A stretch of 63,617 bases of DNA, the filler included, from Octopus bimaculoides (Eukaryota), in the NCBI RefSeq assembly GCF_001194135.2. It is 9 parts of 7 records of this genome, joined end to end, with 100 filler letters (N's around TTAATTAATTAA, not from the genome) between each part and the next. Parts side by side here need not be neighbours in the genome. Positions count along the whole stretch, not along the records: positions 20,742 to 47,618 come from NC_068986.1; positions 47,719 to 57,306 come from NC_068982.1; 7 more parts are not named here. The stretch is one strand, 5' to 3'. Made by a program: the position numbers and the translations under genes. Each line of letters opens with the position of its first letter. The stretch's first letter is position 1. Below are positions 38,912 to 52,276 of this stretch, one piece after another. The notes below the pieces were generated by a model. It saw nothing but the letters and a program-made list of their open reading frames with translations, was not told the DNA's origin and did no database searches.

Positions 38912-41334
38912 AAAGGCACTCCTTCAAGGAATCTTCCTTATTTATCCTATTACTTTCTATTCAATTTAAGCTGGACGTTTTTCTAGCTTCCTGGTTTTTT
39001 TTTCGTTACTGTGCGATGTATTTTAATTAAATCTGTTAAAAATCAATTTATTTTATTTAATATTGTATGCTTTTTTTTCCAACTGGGTATTATATTAGCT
39101 TATCAGTTGGATATTGCAGCAATGATATAGTTTTAAATTTTAAAAATTGGGAAAATTAAAATTGCTATTGCCTTTCGATGTTTACACTAATTAATTCTAA
39201 TTCATTGTTTAAATATTAATGTAATCCTATACTTTATGAGAAACATGTGAAAAGGGATAGTTGTTTTTCTCTCATATTCTAAAAAGCATATGTGTAGATT
39301 AATTAAGAATGCAGAAAACTAAAATCTATAATACGTTTTTATGTTGCGAAATTAACTGCTTTGATATCTAATTTTCTAAAAATGGTGTTGTAATCAAGGG
39401 AAGAAAGACAATGAGTATAAATCGGTTGTGGACTTCCTACTGTACAAGGTTCATCAAGTGTAGTACATTGAGTTTTGCATAATTAGAAATGTTGTTGAAA
39501 TTTGTGAGCAGGAATGAATTTTCAGAGAATTTTTTTTTTAACCCAGGATTGAAGCATAGAACAAATAAACACCCACACAGCTATCTGTCTATCTAGTTAG
39601 CTATCTATCTGTTCACCTATCAGTATATGAGTCTGTATGCATTGTGTACAGTATGCGCGTGTAAAACATGAATTAATATAACGAGCGTTGCAAAAATAGT
39701 CTTGTATCGTTCACTTCAAAATACAGCTGCAAACATTGTAAAAAGTCTTTAGCGTAATAATATATCAGGTAATATTTAGTGCCACTTTTGCGCTATTTCG
39801 TCTGCCGTTACGTTCTGTGTTCAAATTCTAACGAGGACCATTAGTTTCTTTTATAAAGCATCGTTTTTTTTTTTTAATATTTTAACCAATGTCACGTATT
39901 TCCGGGGTGAATTATTTAATTAAAGTATAACTGCTCAATAACAGTACTTATTTTCTCAAGCTTTCTGTGCTGAAACGTAATGTCAACTCCTTAAGAATTG
40001 GTTTTAGAGACTACAAGAACAAAACCTGATATTACAAACCAATTCCTTTTAACACCCTTCCATTTCTGTGATTGATCTGCCTTAATTTTCTATACATTAA
40101 AAGTTTCTAACAATGCTGAAAGGCTATAGTTTCGTAGCGTACGTGCTTCATTAATTAAATTCAGTCTAAGGTGTTTAATTTACACACAAAACCATCAAGT
40201 TAGAGAGTAGTGAAATATCGACCCAGAAGGGATGAACAAAAAGTTGACACCTGTGGGGATTTGAACACATAATGTATGCAGCCGGAAGAAATATTGCAAA
40301 GTATTACCTCCAGAATTGTAACCCGTCTGCCAGTCAACGATATTTGAAATAGAAAGATTAATTATTTTATTTCCATTGACTCAGAGAAGGTGAATGACAA
40401 GTAATAGAAGAGAGAAAAAATAGTTGCTTAATCTTCTCTACTCTAGGCACAAGGGCTAGTCGATTAGATGGACGCCATTAGGCAACTGGTACTTAATTTA
40501 TCAATCCCGAAAGGATGAAAGGCAAAGTTGACCTCGATATAGTTGCATATTATTACAGGCCTTTATGTCTTGTATTTGAATCTCCCCAGTATCAACTTTG
40601 TATTTTATCTTTCTGGGATTCACTAAAATTAAAATTACAGGAAATAACTTGCTATTTTGCCCAGCAAAATTCGTTGCCTTCTACGTTTTAATCTATTTAT
40701 TTATTTTCATTTTTATTTTAAGAAACCATTACATTAACACGAATCAAATGATGATAAAATCGTCACAGTAAATTTGAACTTGCAAAGTAACAATCAAGAA
40801 TTGTTACACCAAATCTGTTCTGTCTCCAGATGTCTTACATTGAAGAACAGTCAATTAATTTCAAAGTATGATAAAAGTATATAGGTCACTGGCATTCATT
40901 TTCTTCTTTGTTAAATTAAAAGTATTTGAACATCTATATGGCTTTAATTTGGAACATAATGAACAAGCCTGTAACTAACATATTCAAGGTGAAAGATGGG
41001 AACTTATAATGAGATATCGACTTCGCAGAATTGTAACATTTGACAATGAAACACTATACAGATTTCTTGCTAGCACTTCATCAGTAAATCATTACTTGAG
41101 CCTGAAACTATTATAAGCAGAAAAAAAATACTATGTGGATGAGAAAAATGATTACCAGTTATGTGCTCCATTCTCTGTAATAAACCATTGGTCATTAACA
41201 GGATTGGCAGTACACACTTTGTGGCGTTGTCAGCTCACGAGTAGTAACTGTTAAGAGGATGATTTAGGATCGCTGTATTTTTGAAGGGCTTGATTTTTCT
41301 TAGAGGTGAAATTATTTTAACCAGTTACAATAGT

Positions 41335-41702
41335 TATTGTTGTTGGCACTCCGTCGCTTACGACGTCGAGGGTTCCAGTTGATCTGCTCGTGAAATTAAC
41401 GTGCAAGTGGTTGAGCACTCCACAGACACGCGTACACTTAACTTAGTTCTCGAGGATATTCAGCGTGACACAGTGTGACAAGGCTGACCCTTTGAATTAC
41501 AGGTCCAACAGAAACAGGAAGAGTGAGAGAAAGTTGTGGTGGAAGAGTACAGCAGGGTTCGCCACCATCCCCTGCCGGAGCCACGTCGAGCTTTAGATGT
41601 TTATGCTCAATAAACACTCACAACGTCCGGTCTGGGAAGCGAAACCGCGATCCTATGACGCGAGTCCACTGCCCTAACCACTGGGCCATTGCGCCTCCAC
41701 AC
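41335..41702 (-). mobile_element. Full-length tRNA-derived SINE, family D
   Basis: Minus head GTGGAGGCGCAATGGCCCAGTGGTTAGGGC (A box), GGTTTCGCTTCCC (B-box-like), and a CAA/TAA tail. Confidence 0.85.
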
Positions 41703-42109
41703 AATAATTATATATAAAACATATTTAAAAATAAATGGAATATATACAAATAATGCTTGTTACGACTAAAATATGATTAGAATGTTTTATCACTACGCAG
41801 ATACTTGAAAGACAATACAACAAAGTGTAATATATAATTCAATTTACAATATATCAAAGTCTAATACGTAATTCCATTCACGTTATTTAGTTATTTCCAT
41901 AAGAATTTGACGAAGGAAGACGGTCACTAGTTCATGTAGATAGCCAAAAAGTTGTAAGGTTGGATAGAATAGAACTAGAAATCCTGAATAATAAACCACT
42001 GGGCAAAATGAGTTTGTTTCATTACAAGAATACAATGTGATGATGGGTAATTTGTAAAGTGACAATCTGTTAATAGTAATGTTGAACTACACAGCGTTCA
42101 GAACCTCGA

Positions 42110-42298
42110 TAACAGACTATTCTGTTTTCCAGTTCTATATTTAAGAGATAGGGAATTATTTACATTATTTACATTTGACGGATATTTGTCCTCATCTTGT
42201 TTGTTGTTAACACAACGTTTCGGCTGATACACCCTCCAGCCTTCCTCTTCTTGGGGAAATTCCGAACCTGGGTTCTCATTCCTAAGGTATTTTTCGAC

Positions 42299-42335
<37 letters not shown>

Positions 42336-42720
42336 TCACTGCCTTGAATCGAACTCGGAATCTTGGGGTTAGAAGCCCGCGCGCTCTTAACCACTACGTC
42401 ATATGCCCGTGGGCAATTATGGAGTGAATTTTAGGGCTTATAAACCTAATATTTTCCTATCCTTCCTTAATGCCGGTTCCCATATGCTACTCATATCTGC
42501 ACTCGGTCTGCTTAGGAGGTTGTGTCATGGCATATGTGCTGCTTTTTTAGTTTTCGTATTTCTCAGAAGTGCTCTCTCTCTATTATTTTAACTTCATCCC
42601 ACAGGAGGAGGTGGTCTCCATTTTTCCATACATAATCAGTTATATTGAATATTGTCTTGATGTCATATAGACCGCATATCTTTTGTATCTTTTCGGAGAG
42701 ACCTTTCACATTCTTTTTTC
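42110..42720 (-). mobile_element. PLE 3' end (Penelope/Poseidon-like, internally deleted) followed by a tRNA-like cassette, (AAT)n and an HHR remnant
   Basis: Minus: VKGLSEKIQKICGLYDIKTIF / WKNGDHLLLWDEVKIIERE..LLSRPSADMSSIWEP; tRNA-like 42334-42408; GGCTG..CAGCC GAAA CG TT GTGT at 42210-42241. Confidence 0.75.
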
Positions 42721-45189
42721 GCCAAAAACACCACTGACTTGCTCGAATGCAAATCAGCATCCTCTTTATTACAAAAACAATCAGACTTCGTACGGAATAC
42801 GTTGCTGTGTTAAGTTATTAAGTTTAAATGTCACCGGAACCAATTTGACATTGCAGCCTAAACATGTTTTGGTCTATTAAACGAGTACCAATAAGGTGTT
42901 ACTATAGATTTTATAGATTGACTGTGCCTATAGCACCTTGTATGAATCAAGGAAATAATTTCTTTCGTCAATCCCCGTTGAAGTCCAGAGAGGAAGCCTA
43001 CAATATGGCACTGCCTCCAAGAAATATCTCCTAAGTATTCCTTAATTGAACCCTATAGTCTTACACAAAGAAAACGCTGAAGTTCGTAAGCACACAGTTA
43101 TACCTGCGAAAGAAAAAAAAGAGTTTGATTTGTATGATGTTTAACCCACAGTAATTAAAATTGTTGTGGAGTCCGTCTATTCGTAACGAGGTTCATGGAG
43201 AGCCATCGAGGACGCCTGATCGTGTTTTCTCGATCTTCTTCAAATAGTAGCGAACTCTCACTCGAATCACAATTTACCGTCTTAAAAAAGATATTGGAAA
43301 ATGTACTTTACACCCACCCTTAAAATAGAGCTCCGTCTGAAATGATTAGTGCGAAAACAACAACAGCAACAGTAATAGCAATGACACAACATCATCTCTT
43401 GCCGGTTATAATCGTACATAGAAACGTTGTAGAAAGGGATAACAAATCAATAGTTCTTGCTGCAGATCAGAATACTGTTTCAAACCACAGTAACCTGCAT
43501 TCAAGAGGAAGCGAGCTTGTTGTTCTGTCTAGAGGACGTTGATCTTGCATTACATTTTTGTATTGCGTTAACCTAAAACTCGATTACAAGCGACGTAGTT
43601 AAAAAAAAAACTCCATGCTTTTATCTTTTATAGACCATCAATTTTGGCATCTCAGATACTGGAATCTTTGCAAATAGTACAGCTTAAGTGCATACCTGAA
43701 TATCAGCAGATACCAAAGTTTGTATTCTTGGAAAGAAATGTGTTCTGACGAAGGAAATCCCCCACGACACAAATCAATCAATTTTCGACTTAGCTTGTCA
43801 TAATCATGGTCATATCAGTATAACTGTCATTGCTATAGCATAACAGTATCAAATTTGTCATATGAATCAGGATTAATTCGGTGCAAGTTCAGCTGGCATA
43901 CACTGTAGAAAAATAAACGCTTAAATCACAATCTCAAAAAAAAATTCCTGTAAATAATCAACTACTGGAAATATTAAAGAGATCGAAAATTTCAACACAA
44001 TATTCTTTGGAGATGATAGTACATCTCGAAGAGGAGACAATGTTGATCTCAGCTTTCTTAAGATTAGAAACTTGTATCATTATTTGTAATGAACTTACTT
44101 CAGTCATTCATCATCATCTCTTTCATATCTAATACTTCTTTAATTAACCTTTTTGAATTTTTGACCCCATTGTTTGGGATCAGGCTAAGTTATTAAGCTA
44201 TATTAAATAGAATTCCGATGAAACGAAAACTAAAGATATTTACATCAATCTGTATTAATTGTATTTTAAAGGAATCGAATGCAACACTAGTGGCTACTGG
44301 CGTTCAATTAAGACTCCATTAAATTATTTCTGTGTTAATATATTAGGGATATTATCTTTGCAGAGTAATATTTGAAAAATAGATGAAATCAAGCTATGAA
44401 ACAGAGTGTAATAATAGTAAATTAAAATGCCATCATAACTGTCATAAATGCTAATTTGCAATGTGGTATTCAACGTATTTCACACGTGCCAACGAAATGC
44501 TGAACATTACGTGCGATATTCACAATCTTATAATCATTAAGGCAAAGTAGGGCTATCGAGCGTTGAAGAAGTATGTTACATATATATTTCAATTTAAATC
44601 TTACTCAAGCCGTCTGTTCAATCAACAGAACTATTGCAAGTATCTAACTATATCGAACTAATTTAGTATTCTTTTACTTTCGCAAATACTTATATTCTTC
44701 CTTTATTTTTTACTTGCCTAACTTCTCATATCTTAAATTTTCCATTCACACAAGCTTTTATGCTCTTTATGTGCTCCGACTAGTCGCATTAATACTTTTT
44801 TCTTGCTTGAAAGATATATTTCTCATTGCGCTGTGGAGATGTAATGTAGGAAATTAGAATTTTTCTTTGCAGTTCATTTATGGATTAACTTTGAATTGTT
44901 CCCTATTCTTCGGTTTTGATTTTGCTCAGTTCAATGAAATCACATGTCTTCAATGTTAATTTGAATCTTAATGATTTGATGGTTGTCACTAATGGTTTTC
45001 CTTGGGAAGCGTGTTTGAGATGTGTAGTGTATCTGGGACGGACACAATCATCCTCGACTGATTTATATGGAACAATGACCGGAAAAAATTTTAGCGAAGA
45101 GTGTCGCATTTTTTTCGGATTATCCTGTTACTAAAGTTTTAAATGTACATATGTGATTCAATTTTCTGTAAATATACATTTTAGAGCGT

Positions 45190-45480
45190 GATATTACAAG
45201 GAAATATTCTTGTGTCCGCCTCGTTTCGCCCAAGACATGGTGCATGTCATTCCTAGCATGCGTTTCAATCATAGTTTCACAAAGACTGGATTAGATACAC
45301 TCATTTATATCCTTGATCTATCTCACAGAAATGATGAGATTTCATTTTGTATTTTCTGCTGGAACAGTCTGTTCTTCATAGCTAATTCGATACGTGAAGT
45401 TCAGTAATGAAATCTCTTGATGCGATAGACTTGTCTGTGGATTAGAATGAAGGAATACTTCAAAAGGAAACGTTTTGAAA
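45190..45480 (-). pseudogene. Possible Tc1/mariner-family transposase C-terminal relic
   Basis: Very degraded; ends in gcgaaacgaggcggacac, resembling an RNGGHxE terminus. Confidence 0.3.
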
Positions 45481-46639
45481 ATATAGTTGCACGTCAGAAA
45501 GAAATGTAACATTTTGGGGAAGTCATGCGTTGGGTGATCTGAATATCATGATAACTGGATATATCTAATTTGAAAAATTCAAGCTCAAATATGTAAAAGA
45601 AATTCAAAATGATTTTAGTTATTCTGAAATATGTCTTTTCCAACAGTTGAGTGTGTGGTCGGCCACGACTTCTAAACATGTTCCTAACATCTCCTACTGA
45701 CGTCTCCTACTGACGTCATCATCCAACATAATTGCACTAACATTACAACTATTATAGCTAAAACACCTGTCACTAGTGCTGTTTATATTACTACCACGAC
45801 GTCTAATGTCAAATATTGCAGGTAATATCGTTCCAATTATAACACTACCACGAATGATTTCAGCTACAACTAAATACAGCTACTATTACAATGTCTGACC
45901 AAGAAATAAAGTAGAAGTAAAGAAAAATATCTTTATAAAGAAAATAGTATCTATCACTAATAATCATTGCAGTTTTTTTAGCCCTAGGTCAGCCCTGATT
46001 AAGCAGACATCTGATATAAAATAATTCCAGCTTCGACCATAAATGTTTTTGTATGTATATCTAAGAGTAAGTATATTCTCCAATATGTTTATCCTGTTTT
46101 AAAACGATGTGATGCGGTTTGAATTAATTCAGCTGCTTTATCTAGAACGCCCTCTTTCGTTGGATTTTAACGGACGTTGCATCTCAGTATGACATTTTAT
46201 TCTATCAGATACTTTTAAATAAACAATAGACAGTTCAGTTTTGTTCTCATCACTATGATCGTTACTATTACTCACTGTAAATATTCAGACTATAAACACT
46301 TATCTTTCAAAGAATGCTATTGTTGCGGTCGTCAAATTAAGTAACATATTTAAATAATAATTACTATATCTCAATACCGATATGTGAATATCACCGATAA
46401 TTGAATAAAAAAATCAGACTCACTCCGCATTAGATATCAAAATATAATTTTTAATAGATTTAAACATCACAGTCATATACCTTGTCGTTGTCATGACTTT
46501 GACATTAATGATTTTCACTAGAAGAACTTTTTCAGGTTTGCAACACTAAGTATGATATCCATCACTAAAATAAAATTTGGTACATTGGATTCAAATGAAA
46601 ATTAGGTATGACGCATGCTCAAACATAAAGTATAAAGTT

Positions 46640-47618
46640 TTAACGTTGTAGTTCATTTGGCTGTTTACAGCAGTGCTTGGAAGGAACGTGTGTAGCGTGT
46701 GATCGTCGCATTGACCAGGATAGAGAAAGTTGAGCGGAGAATCTGCATCACATTTTGTGAAAGGCTTGGAAATACCAGCTCTGAGCCCTATGCAAAGTTG
46801 CAGAAAGTGTATGGAGAGGAGTGTATGAGCCGCACACAAGTGTACTAATAGTTCAGACATTTCCAAGACGGCCAAAATAATATCGATATTGATGAACGTT
46901 CTAGAGGACATCACAACTGAGAAAAACATCTCAGATATGCATGCAGCTGTGAGGGGAAATCGTCGAATCATCATCCGTGATTTATCAGAGGATGTGCAGA
47001 TTATTTACGGTGCAGTTCAGTCTATTATCACTGAAGATCTGGGTATGAGACGCGTGTCTGCCAAACTTGTGCTAAAAGGACAATCGGGTTACAATTGCGC
47101 AAGATCTCTTTGATTGTGTCGAGAACGATGAAAACATTTTGAAAACGGTCATAACGGATAATGAATCGTGGGTCTGTGGCTATGATCCCGAAACAAAGGC
47201 TCAGTTTTCGCAGTGGAAGACCTCTCCGAGACTGAAGCAATTAGAAGTCAACGTTCAACGTTTTCTTCGACTATACGAGGATTTTTCATCATGAGTATGC
47301 TCCACCTGGTCAGATAGTAGACAAGAAGTACTATTGTGACGTCTGGCGGCGTTTGCGGGCTGCTATTTTTCAAAAAATCCACAATTACCTCCGTCCGCTG
47401 AGTGGAAATCGCACCATGACAACGGATCTGCCTATTCTGAGCAGTTTTTGGCTAGGCACAGCATTTCCTAGATCCGACAGCTTCCTTGTTCCCTAGATCT
47501 AGCCCCTTTCGCCCTTTTCCTTTTTCCAAAAAGCAAATATTCTTTGAAAGGAAGAAGATTTCAGGACGTCGAGGAAATCAAATTGAATGTGACGAGACAG
47601 CTGCTGATTATCCCAGAA
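46640..47618 (+). pseudogene. mariner (DD34D-type) transposase, near full length, many lesions
   Basis: RICITFCERLG..CMSRTQVY..EDLGMRRVSAKLV..TVITDNESWVCGYDPETK..HHDNGSAY..CSLDLAP..LKGRRFQDVEEIK; cut by a gap. Confidence 0.9.
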
Positions 47619-47718
47619 NNNNNNNNNNNNNNNNNNNNNNNNNNNNNNNNNNNNNNNNNNNNTTAATTAATTAANNNNNNNNNNNNNNNNNNNNNNNNNN
47701 NNNNNNNNNNNNNNNNNN

Positions 47719-47812
47719 GAAGTGGGTATATCAGCCGAAACGTTGTGTCAACAACAAATAAGATGAGGACAAATATCTGTCGAATGTAAATAATGTAAAT
47801 AATGTAAATAAT
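47719..47812 (+). mobile_element. Second copy of the 42110-42241 pLTR tail (HHR 3' half plus AATGTAAAT x3)
   Basis: tatatcagccgaaacgttgtgtcaacaacaaataagatgaggacaaatatc is the reverse complement of about 42181-42230. Confidence 0.8.
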
Positions 47813-47880
47813 GGGCACCATTGTTGTTTTCATTATTCTGTAATCAGTGACAGGCATCTTCAGCCAGCTAGTCATGCTAC

Positions 47881-47923
47881 TTCAGGCTGATGACGAGCAA
47901 AATCTCAGAAATATGCCTCTGAA
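47881..47923 (+). ncRNA. Decayed hammerhead-like motif
   Basis: TTCAG-G CTGATGA c GAG caaaat CTC a GAAA tatg c CTCTGAA; the NUH triplet and the 10.1-11.1 pair are broken. Confidence 0.45.
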
Positions 47924-49243
47924 TGCAGGCTAGGCTGGGTGGAGGTGCTTGTATCCTCCTTGTAAACATAAGGACACAGGAAATATGTCAAGGCCGACAG
48001 GAAGCGGTCCAACTTCACAGGGTTAAATAGCAGAAGTATAAATACCTTATTGGGATTGTATTGGTGAAAAATGGCATTACTTATGTTTATCATTTGTTAT
48101 TAATTAAGAATACTAGTCGGTGTGCTGGAAGAATCGTTAGCACGCTAGGCGAAGTGTTTAGTGGTACTACGGCTGTCTTACGTTTTGAATTCAAATTCCG
48201 CCGAGGTCGACTCTGCCTTTCATCCTTGTCGATGAAAAAAAGTACGAGTGAAACACTGAGGTCGATGAAAAAAAGTACCAGTGAAACACTGAGGTCGATG
48301 TAATTGACTATCCCCGTCCCCCAAGATTTCAAACCTTGTGCTTTTAGGAGGAATGATTAATTGAGAATACTACTGTGTATATTTGATGCGAAATATGTGA
48401 ATCACAGGTAGGAAATACTGAATTAGCCCGTAATATTTTTCAACTATTTTGCATTCTTTGTATTACCTGTAAATTTTCAAAGCGTAACTAATTTTGGTTA
48501 ACTCAGTGCACACACATGAAGATATAATCCATACGTAAAATTTGCATTTGATTTTACTTTTCTCCGGTTGTGGAAATTAATTACTATCACATTTCCGTCT
48601 ATAACATAGAACTGATTAGTGTATTCTACTGAGTTCAGGAACTGATTTACTTTATGATAACATGTGAAACAATTCTTTTCATGTATATTCCCAGTGGAAC
48701 TTCCAATTGTTAAACCAACGACTGTGCAAAGGAATATTCATGGGAATATTTGAATTTAATTCAGATATTTTATGATATATAATGAATTCGCGCGATATTC
48801 CAATTCTTAAGAAATGTATCTGCCGCAGGCAAATGTTGTTGGAATCCTACTCTTCCACATAATTATCGCCATAGAAATATGGATCTCTTTGTGCAAAATG
48901 CATATTCACAATTTTAGAGTCTCACATAAGACACCTGTTTGTATCTTTATATATTCGCTAAAAAATTGAATATCATATTTTTCTAAACGTTGCCTTATTC
49001 ATTGTGTGTTATCTATAAAATAAATGGAAAAATCATAGAAGGTGGTAATGATCAATGGGATGTTTAAACCAAATATATCTGAATTGCACCGTGTAACTCT
49101 CTGAATTATTTTTTATGCAACAAAACACATCCGCGAAAAATTAAAGCTTAAATTGTCTTGTAATTTCATGTATATCATTTATGAAATATCGGGAGAAAAA
49201 TGTTACAATATGTTCGTAACATATACACACACAAACACACACA

Positions 49244-49282
<39 letters not shown>

Positions 49283-49499
49283 GCACACATATGCACATGC
49301 ACACACACCCACTCATACACACACTCACACACACGCATATATAGTTATATTTATTTATGCATGCATGGGCTACATTCTCCAGTGCATGTTTCCATTTTTA
49401 TACAAGTGACGCGTAACATCAAGATCTAATTGTTACTGTTAGTAAAATGTGCGCGTTTATATATATGATATAAAGGTAAGCAGCGATCGGATATTGGAA

Positions 49500-49900
49500 A
49501 ATCTGAGTTCTTGGTTTCATATTATCTGTTAAGTCAAAATTATTGGGGGCTAGGTTATCTTGAATGATTGCTAGGTTTTATGGTAGGTTGTGATGGAGAA
49601 ATGCTTTGGGGAATTGGTATTTATTAAATATGGGTTTGTGTTAATGAGAAGCATTTATTCATATATGTGGAGCTTTCTAAATAGTTATGGCTATTTAGAT
49701 ATGTCACGTTTCAGTTTGTAAGCGTTCAAAAAGAATATCGTTTTGTTAAATGTATACATTGATCAGCAGGTGTTTCACTATATAAATCCAAGGTGAATAA
49801 AAATGTTCAGCAGACTGATGATACCTTAGCTAACCGAAATGTTAAAGTCACTCCACTCTTCTCTTCTTGTTAAACAACAATAAATCTGTACTTTAACAAA
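49500..49900 (+). mobile_element. Possible solo PLE pLTR with a decayed HHR
   Basis: CTATATAAAT, CTGATGA (49815-21)..ttagctaacc GAAA tgtt (49836-43), then AATAAA; helix I does not pair. Confidence 0.35.
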
Positions 49901-50883
49901 AGTATTCAGTAATCATTCAGCTTATTGTAAAATCGATATTATTTCAAATTAAAAACAAAAGAGTACATACAAGCACAAACACACACACGCACAGACACGC
50001 AAACACACATACACACTCATATAAACACACACATATATATATATATATATATATGTATTTGTTTTTCATTATATATATTTCTTCAATCATGTGTGATTAA
50101 ATAAGAATATTAGTACGACTATTAATCTGTTTATGGCTGTCCAATGGACTTATAGTTGTTGCACTACTTGTTATCAGAAGTACATCACTATATCTTTACG
50201 TTACTGATGAAGATTAACCTCCAAATTGTATTCAGTGAAAGCTATAATTTTAAATTAGGCTTATTTGTATAACGTTACAGTGAAATTTAATTAGCTTTGT
50301 CTTAATATTTCATATACGCGTGTTTTCAAATTGAATTGGTTAGCAATAGAAATCATTATTTAAACATTAATACTATAGTTTGAATGTTACGATGGCCAAG
50401 CCAGTAAAGCAGAAAACGAATTGCATTAGTCTATATAATTTCTTCACATTCTCTCATCTACTTGAAGCATAAAACGGATTCCACACTGCACTTTCAACTG
50501 CCCTTTGCATATGAAACAAACACCGCAAATAAAGTAAATCGAATTGACTACCTTCACACTTCAATCAAATTGACTGTCTTTACACTTCATTCATTTACAT
50601 TACAACGGGGCGCTTGTTGCTTAGGCCCCGAGCAGCACGCTTCAGTCAGATCTATGACAAAACGCATTCAAAACATTCAACTTGTGTACTATAAACGGTA
50701 TGGTTTGATTTCTGGGAGAATTGATTGACTCTTCCTTTTGCCGTATTCTCTTTCTGTCTTTCTTCATATACCCACACTCACATATCTATCTTTCTATCTC
50801 TTTTATCCTTTACTTCTTTCGGTCATCTGACCGCGGCCATGCTGGAGCAGCGCGTTCAAGAATTTTATGCGAAAGAATCGACC

Positions 50884-51748
50884 TTAATTATCTGAAAGAG
50901 ATAGAAAGAGATGGAAATCCGTTGGTGCCAAATCAGGAGAGTACGGCAGGTGTGGCAGCAAGTCCCAGCCATATGTTTCAATGGTTTTCTTGGTCATATT
51001 GGCGATATGAGGGCGGGCGTTGTCGTGCAGGAGAAGAACTCCATGCTGCCGACTAGGTCCTTTCTCTTGAATCGCAGTATTGAGTCGTTCCATCTGTTGA
51101 ACATAGAGTTCTGCGTTGACCGTTTGCTTCCGTTAAAGCAATTCGTAATGGATAATCACTTCTCAGACTCACCATACGCACAACATCGTTTTACGCGGAT
51201 GAAGGTCTTGTTTCACGCGCGTTGTCGTTTGTTTACCGGGGCTAAGCCATTCCTAACACTGCTTCATATTGATGTACAGGCACCATATTCCTCGCCAGTA
51301 ACGATTCGGTAAAGAAATCGTTGCTTGTGCCCATGAGTTGAGCGGTGACGGGCAACCCAACCAGCGGAGATTGTGGCTCGTTGATTTTCTTGTTGTTACT
51401 TGAAGAAAGCGGAACCCATGCACCATACTTCTGAACCTTTCCCATCGAATGAAGGTGCTTCTCTATAGCAGTGTGAGAGCATGTCGCGAGTAACTTTTGC
51501 GGCCTTAGGAACATGATAAAAGCAAAAAAGGAGGTGTCGAAAATGCTCGTTTTTCTTAACTTGACATTCCATTTTAATGATCTGAAAATAAACAAAAGTT
51601 AACTAAAATTAACTGGGAAAAACAAAACAAAATATATTCCCAAATGATTCAAAAATAAAATTGTCGAAAAAAATAGAGTCTAAAATTTGGTAACGCAATA
51701 ATTTCCAAAATTTGAAAAAACGGGGGGAACTTATTTGCCAACCCAATA
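50884..51748 (-). mobile_element. mariner (DD34D), internally deleted, with 5' TIR
   Basis: TIR-like TATTGGGTTGGCAAATAAGTT (plus 51728-51748); YGAWVP, IVTGEE, LLHDNARPH and PYSPDLAP motifs. Most of the HTH is missing and the 3' end is replaced by a SINE tail. Confidence 0.92.
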
Positions 51749-51759
51749 CATCAGAGTGG

Positions 51760-52140
51760 TTGAGCTGCTGTTTCAGTATCCACTAGTTATGATCTTAACT
51801 CTTCTCGTGGCTGAAACCATGTTGTGTATTTGTGAACAAGTTGATTCTCTTCCAAGAATGTGATCAGTCTCCTTCTGACAATGCGTTCCATGACCTTACA
51901 AACACTGGAAGGCAGTGAATTACTTTTAGCATCTGCTCTGCTTCCTCTTTTATGGACAGGGCAGATGATACCCTATTTTCAAATGTTTAGAGGTTGGCGC
52001 ATGCAAAGAAACTCTGAAAAAGTATCTGCAATTCTTTTGCTACAGCATTCTTGCATGCTTTTTAGGCGAAAAACCGGAAATCCATCCTGGCCCACTGCTG
52101 ATTTTCAGCTCATCTCATATTACATCTTGAGCTACGTCGA
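51760..52140 (-). pseudogene. CR1-type LINE RT N-terminal fragment
   Basis: Minus: SSGPG..PVHKRGSRADAK..SSVCKVMERIVRRRLITFLEENQL..HGFQ. Confidence 0.75.
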
Positions 52141-52236
52141 TAGTTGCCTTTTCCCCTTGTAGGTCTGCAGTGTTGAAAAGCACTTTACGCCCGTATGTTG
52201 TACATACGTATGCATGTTTGTATGTGTGTGTATATA

Positions 52237-52276
<40 letters not shown>

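Noticed and set aside
29580-42408. tRNA-like sequences (29580-29700, 41630-41702, 42334-42408) as real tRNA genes
   Set aside because: Incomplete or mispaired cloverleaves embedded in repeat bodies; treated as SINE/pLTR cassettes.
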